From Casimicrobiaceae bacterium (GTDB lineage Bacteria > Pseudomonadota > Gammaproteobacteria > Burkholderiales > Casimicrobiaceae), in the NCBI GenBank assembly GCA_039916265.1, contig JBDSLT010000123.1:1-42902 (forward strand): DNA of 42,902 nucleotides. The letters run 5' to 3'. Every line of letters begins with the position of its first letter. The first letter of the stretch is position 1. The translations under genes and the position numbers were made by a program. Below the pieces are notes generated by a model. It was not told the DNA's origin. It did no database searches and saw only the letters and a list, made by a program, of their open reading frames with translations. This document shows, in pieces, positions 40,462 to 42,902 of the stretch.

Positions 40462-41628
40462 TCATTTCGTCTCGTTGAACAGCTCGCGGCCGATCAGCAT
40501 CCGGCGGATCTCGGACGTTCCCGCGCCGATTTCGTAGAGCTTGGCATCGCGCCACAGGCGGCCGGTGGGGTACTCGTTGATGTAGCCGTTGCCGCCGAGG
40601 CACTGGATCGCCTCGCCCGCCATCCACGTGGCCTTCTCGGCGGCGTAGAGGATCGCGCCGGCGGCGTCCTTGCGCGTCGTGCGGCCCCGATCGCATGCGC
40701 CTCCGACTGCATAGACGTACGCGCGGCACGCGTTCATTGTCGTGTACATGTCGGCGATCTTCCCCTGCATCAGCTGGAACTCGCCGATCGACTGCCCGAA
40801 CTGCTGGCGCTCGTGGACGTACGGCAGCACCGCGTCCATGCACGCAGCCATGATCCCGAGCGAGCCCCCCGCCAGCACCGCCCGCTCGTAATCGAGCCCG
40901 CTCATCAGCACGTTGACGCCGCTGCCCTCCTGGCCAAGGACGTTCTGCTCGGGCACTTCGCAACCGTCGAACACGAGCTCGCAGGTGTTGGAGCCGCGCA
41001 TGCCGAGCTTGTCGAGCTTCTGCGCGGTCGAAAAGCCCGGCATCCCCTTCTCGACCAGGAACGCAGTGATGCCGCGCGCGCCGGCGCCCGGATCGGTCTT
41101 CGCGTAGACGACGAGCGTGTCGGCGTCGGGGCCGTTGGTGATCCACATCTTGGTGCCGGTGAGGATGTAGCGATCGCCGCGCCGCTGCGCGGCGAGCCGC
41201 ATCGAGACGACGTCCGACCCCGAGCCCGGCTCGCTCATCGCGAGCGCGCCAACGTGCTCGCCGGACACGAGTTTCGGCAGATAGCGGCGCTTCTGCTCGT
41301 CGCTGCCGTTGCGGCGGATCTGGTTGACGCACAGGTTCGAGTGCGCGCCGTACGACAGTCCCACCGACGCCGACGCGCGCGAGATCTCCTCCATCGCGAC
41401 GACGTGTGCGAGGTAGCCCATCGCCGTGCCGCCGTAGTCCTCCTCGACGGTGATGCCGAGCAGGCCGAGATCGCCCATCTTGCGCCACAGGTCCGCGGGA
41501 AACTGGTTGTCGCGGTCGATCGCCGCCGCGCGCGGCGCGATCTCGTCGGCGGCGAACTGCTGCACGGTGGCGCGCAGCATGTCGACGTCCTCGCCGAGCG
41601 CGAAGTCGAGTCCGGGGAAGCTCAGCAT
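40462..41628 (-). CDS. ivd: Isovaleryl-CoA dehydrogenase (LiuA)
   Basis: [34 protein letters not shown] (IVD-type Glu) and [11 protein letters not shown] motifs. Confidence 0.95.
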   Translation of the reverse strand: MLSFPGLDFALGEDVDMLRATVQQFAADEIAPRAAAIDRDNQFPADLWRKMGDLGLLGITVEEDYGGTAMGYLAHVVAMEEISRASASVGLSYGAHSNLCVNQIRRNGSDEQKRRYLPKLVSGEHVGALAMSEPGSGSDVVSMRLAAQRRGDRYILTGTKMWITNGPDADTLVVYAKTDPGAGARGITAFLVEKGMPGFSTAQKLDKLGMRGSNTCELVFDGCEVPEQNVLGQEGSGVNVLMSGLDYERAVLAGGSLGIMAACMDAVLPYVHERQQFGQSIGEFQLMQGKIADMYTTMNACRAYVYAVGGACDRGRTTRKDAAGAILYAAEKATWMAGEAIQCLGGNGYINEYPTGRLWRDAKLYEIGAGTSEIRRMLIGRELFNETK

Positions 41629-41650
41629 GTCGCTATTCTCCTGCCGTGTC

Positions 41651-42109
41651 CTAGGCGTCGGGCCTGCCGTGCATCACCATCAGCGTCTGCTGCATGAGCG
41701 CGACCAGCGTGCGCTTGCCGCCGCGCTCCGCGTGCACTTCGCCCTGCGTGATCGCGAGTGTGCGGCCCGGCTTGATCACGCGACCTTCGGCGACGAGCCG
41801 CTCGCCCGCCGCGGGCGCCAGCAGGTTCAGCTTGAACTCGACGGTCAGCACGGAGCTGTCCTCCGGAAACAGCGAGTAGCCGGCGTAGCCGCCCGCGCTG
41901 TCGACGATCGCGCTCACGACGCCGGCGTGGACAAAGCCGTGCTGCTGCGAGACCTCTGGCCGCGGCGTCAGCGCGATCGCGCAAAAGCCCGGCTCGATGG
42001 CGATCAGCTCCGCGCCGATCAGCGCCATCGCGCCCTGCCGTGCGAAGCTCGCGCGCACGCGCTCGGCGTAACCCGGGAAGGCGGGCGCGAATGGAGCAGG
42101 CGCGGACAT
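41651..42109 (-). CDS. PaaI family hot-dog thioesterase
   Basis: [15 protein letters not shown]...DSAGG and [13 protein letters not shown] motifs. Confidence 0.9.
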   Translation of the reverse strand: MSAPAPFAPAFPGYAERVRASFARQGAMALIGAELIAIEPGFCAIALTPRPEVSQQHGFVHAGVVSAIVDSAGGYAGYSLFPEDSSVLTVEFKLNLLAPAAGERLVAEGRVIKPGRTLAITQGEVHAERGGKRTLVALMQQTLMVMHGRPDA

Positions 42110-42172
42110 TATCGATCGTCCTTCTGAATTGCCGCGACACCCAGGCGCTGCCGGTCCTGCGGCAAGGCGGTC

Positions 42173-42202
42173 ATTCTGTATTACGTTTACGTAAACGTCA
42201 AC
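42173..42202 (-). promoter_or_regulatory. liu operon promoter with double LiuR operator
   Basis: Minus strand TTGACG-17 nt-CAGAAT; overlapping boxes TTGACGTTTACGTAAA and TTTACGTAAACGTAAT match the LiuR consensus TTTACGTwwACGTAAA. Confidence 0.85.
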
Positions 42203-42629
42203 CCTGCCCGGCGCGCGCTTCCCTGAGCCGACGGCGGCACTCGCGTTCGATGCCGCCGATCTCCGTCAGCACGATGTCGATGTCCTCCTTCTGCTGCAGC
42301 AGCATCGCGCGGCGATCCGCCAGCAGCGTCAGGAAGCGGGAAAGCTGCGCGCGCTCGTTGCGGCCGACCTCGTACATGTCGAGCAGTTCGCCGATCTCCG
42401 CCAGCGACAGGCCGAGCCGCTTGCCGCGCAGGATCAGCTTGATGCGCACCCGTTCGCGCTCGCCGTAGACGCGCTGGCGGCCGCGGCGCGATGGCGCCAG
42501 CAACCCGGAATCCTCGTAGAAGCGGATCGCGCGGGTGGTCAGCGCGAACTCCCGCGCGAGGTCGGAAATGGAGTAGGTGGGCGCGCGCCCGGGCCCTTCG
42601 GGGGCGGCGGCGCTGCGGGCGGCGGGCAT
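42198..42629 (-). CDS. liuR: MerR-family regulator LiuR
   Basis: TYSISDLAREFALTTRAIRFYED.GLL.P...RIKLILRGKRLGLSLAEI; adjacent to ivd and the operator; start uncertain. Confidence 0.9.
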   Translation of the reverse strand: MPAARSAAAPEGPGRAPTYSISDLAREFALTTRAIRFYEDSGLLAPSRRGRQRVYGERERVRIKLILRGKRLGLSLAEIGELLDMYEVGRNERAQLSRFLTLLADRRAMLLQQKEDIDIVLTEIGGIERECRRRLREARAGQG

Positions 42630-42737
42630 CGCGTGCGGAGCGTGGCTTGCGCCGGCGGTCGAGACGGGCGCCAGCGCCCGTGAGAATCGATGAGGTCGAT
42701 GCCACGATACCATACCGTGTTTCCCTCTCGTGACGCC

Positions 42738-42836
42738 ATGACTGCCGCGCATCCCACCGTTCTCGACTTCGCGCACGGCGCCCCGCCGCCCGCGGGCGAA
42801 GTCATCGAAATCGCGGCCGGCGTCCTGTGGTTGCGG
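42738..42836 (+). pseudogene. N-terminus of an MBL-fold metallo-hydrolase, apparently interrupted after ...EIAAGVLWLR
   Basis: MTAAHPTVLDFAHGAPPPAGEVIEIAAGVLWLR resembles the start of the MBL hydrolases recalled as divergent from liuR; the expected continuation (MPLPF.L.HIN) is absent. Confidence 0.6.
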
Positions 42837-42902
42837 GGAATTTCAACGCCAGTTCGGACAGTGTTTTCGGGCCAGCAAACTTGGCAAACTGGGGTCCACG
42901 GC
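42836..42902. mobile_element. Probable end of an insertion sequence (only 67 bp visible)
   Basis: Abrupt loss of protein-like continuation and drop in GC at GGGAATTTCAACGCCAGTTCGGACA; the window ends shortly after. Confidence 0.45.

Noticed and set aside
42664-42681. ACGGGCGC-CA-GCGCCCGT palindrome as a regulatory site
   Set aside because: Short GC-rich inverted repeat, unlike the LiuR box and likely by chance at this GC content.

Overview
High-GC chromosomal window, most likely from a Betaproteobacterium (Burkholderiales-like gene order and products). It is densely packed with core genes: the 3' end of gpmI, ctpA-moeB-DUF4864, argB-slmA plus a Cys-rich secreted unknown, and an LPS core/export/ligase operon (rfaQ-like GT9, two GT4s, msbA, DUF4254, WaaL-like ligase) convergent with a WbpL/WbpM-like pair. 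It continues with a porin, a solitary vapBC toxin-antitoxin module, coq7, slt-NDUFA9-like SDR-cca and purEK. The right ~17 kb is a co-directional leucine/isovalerate (liu) cluster with a clear LiuR operator, padded with glutathione-type enzymes and exporters. The window ends in a probable IS end interrupting a metallo-beta-lactamase-fold gene. No rRNA, tRNA, CRISPR, integrase or transposase gene was seen. The most unusual signals are non-coding. First, two ~80-nt hairpins 12 kb apart, both between convergent genes, have different long stems but an identical 21-nt apical sequence GGGCGCCTGAACACTGAAGCC. Second, a ~20-nt GTAG-containing REP-like repeat occurs once as an inverted doublet and once as a tandem doublet. 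All calls come from reading the sequence and motifs by eye; no database searches were run.
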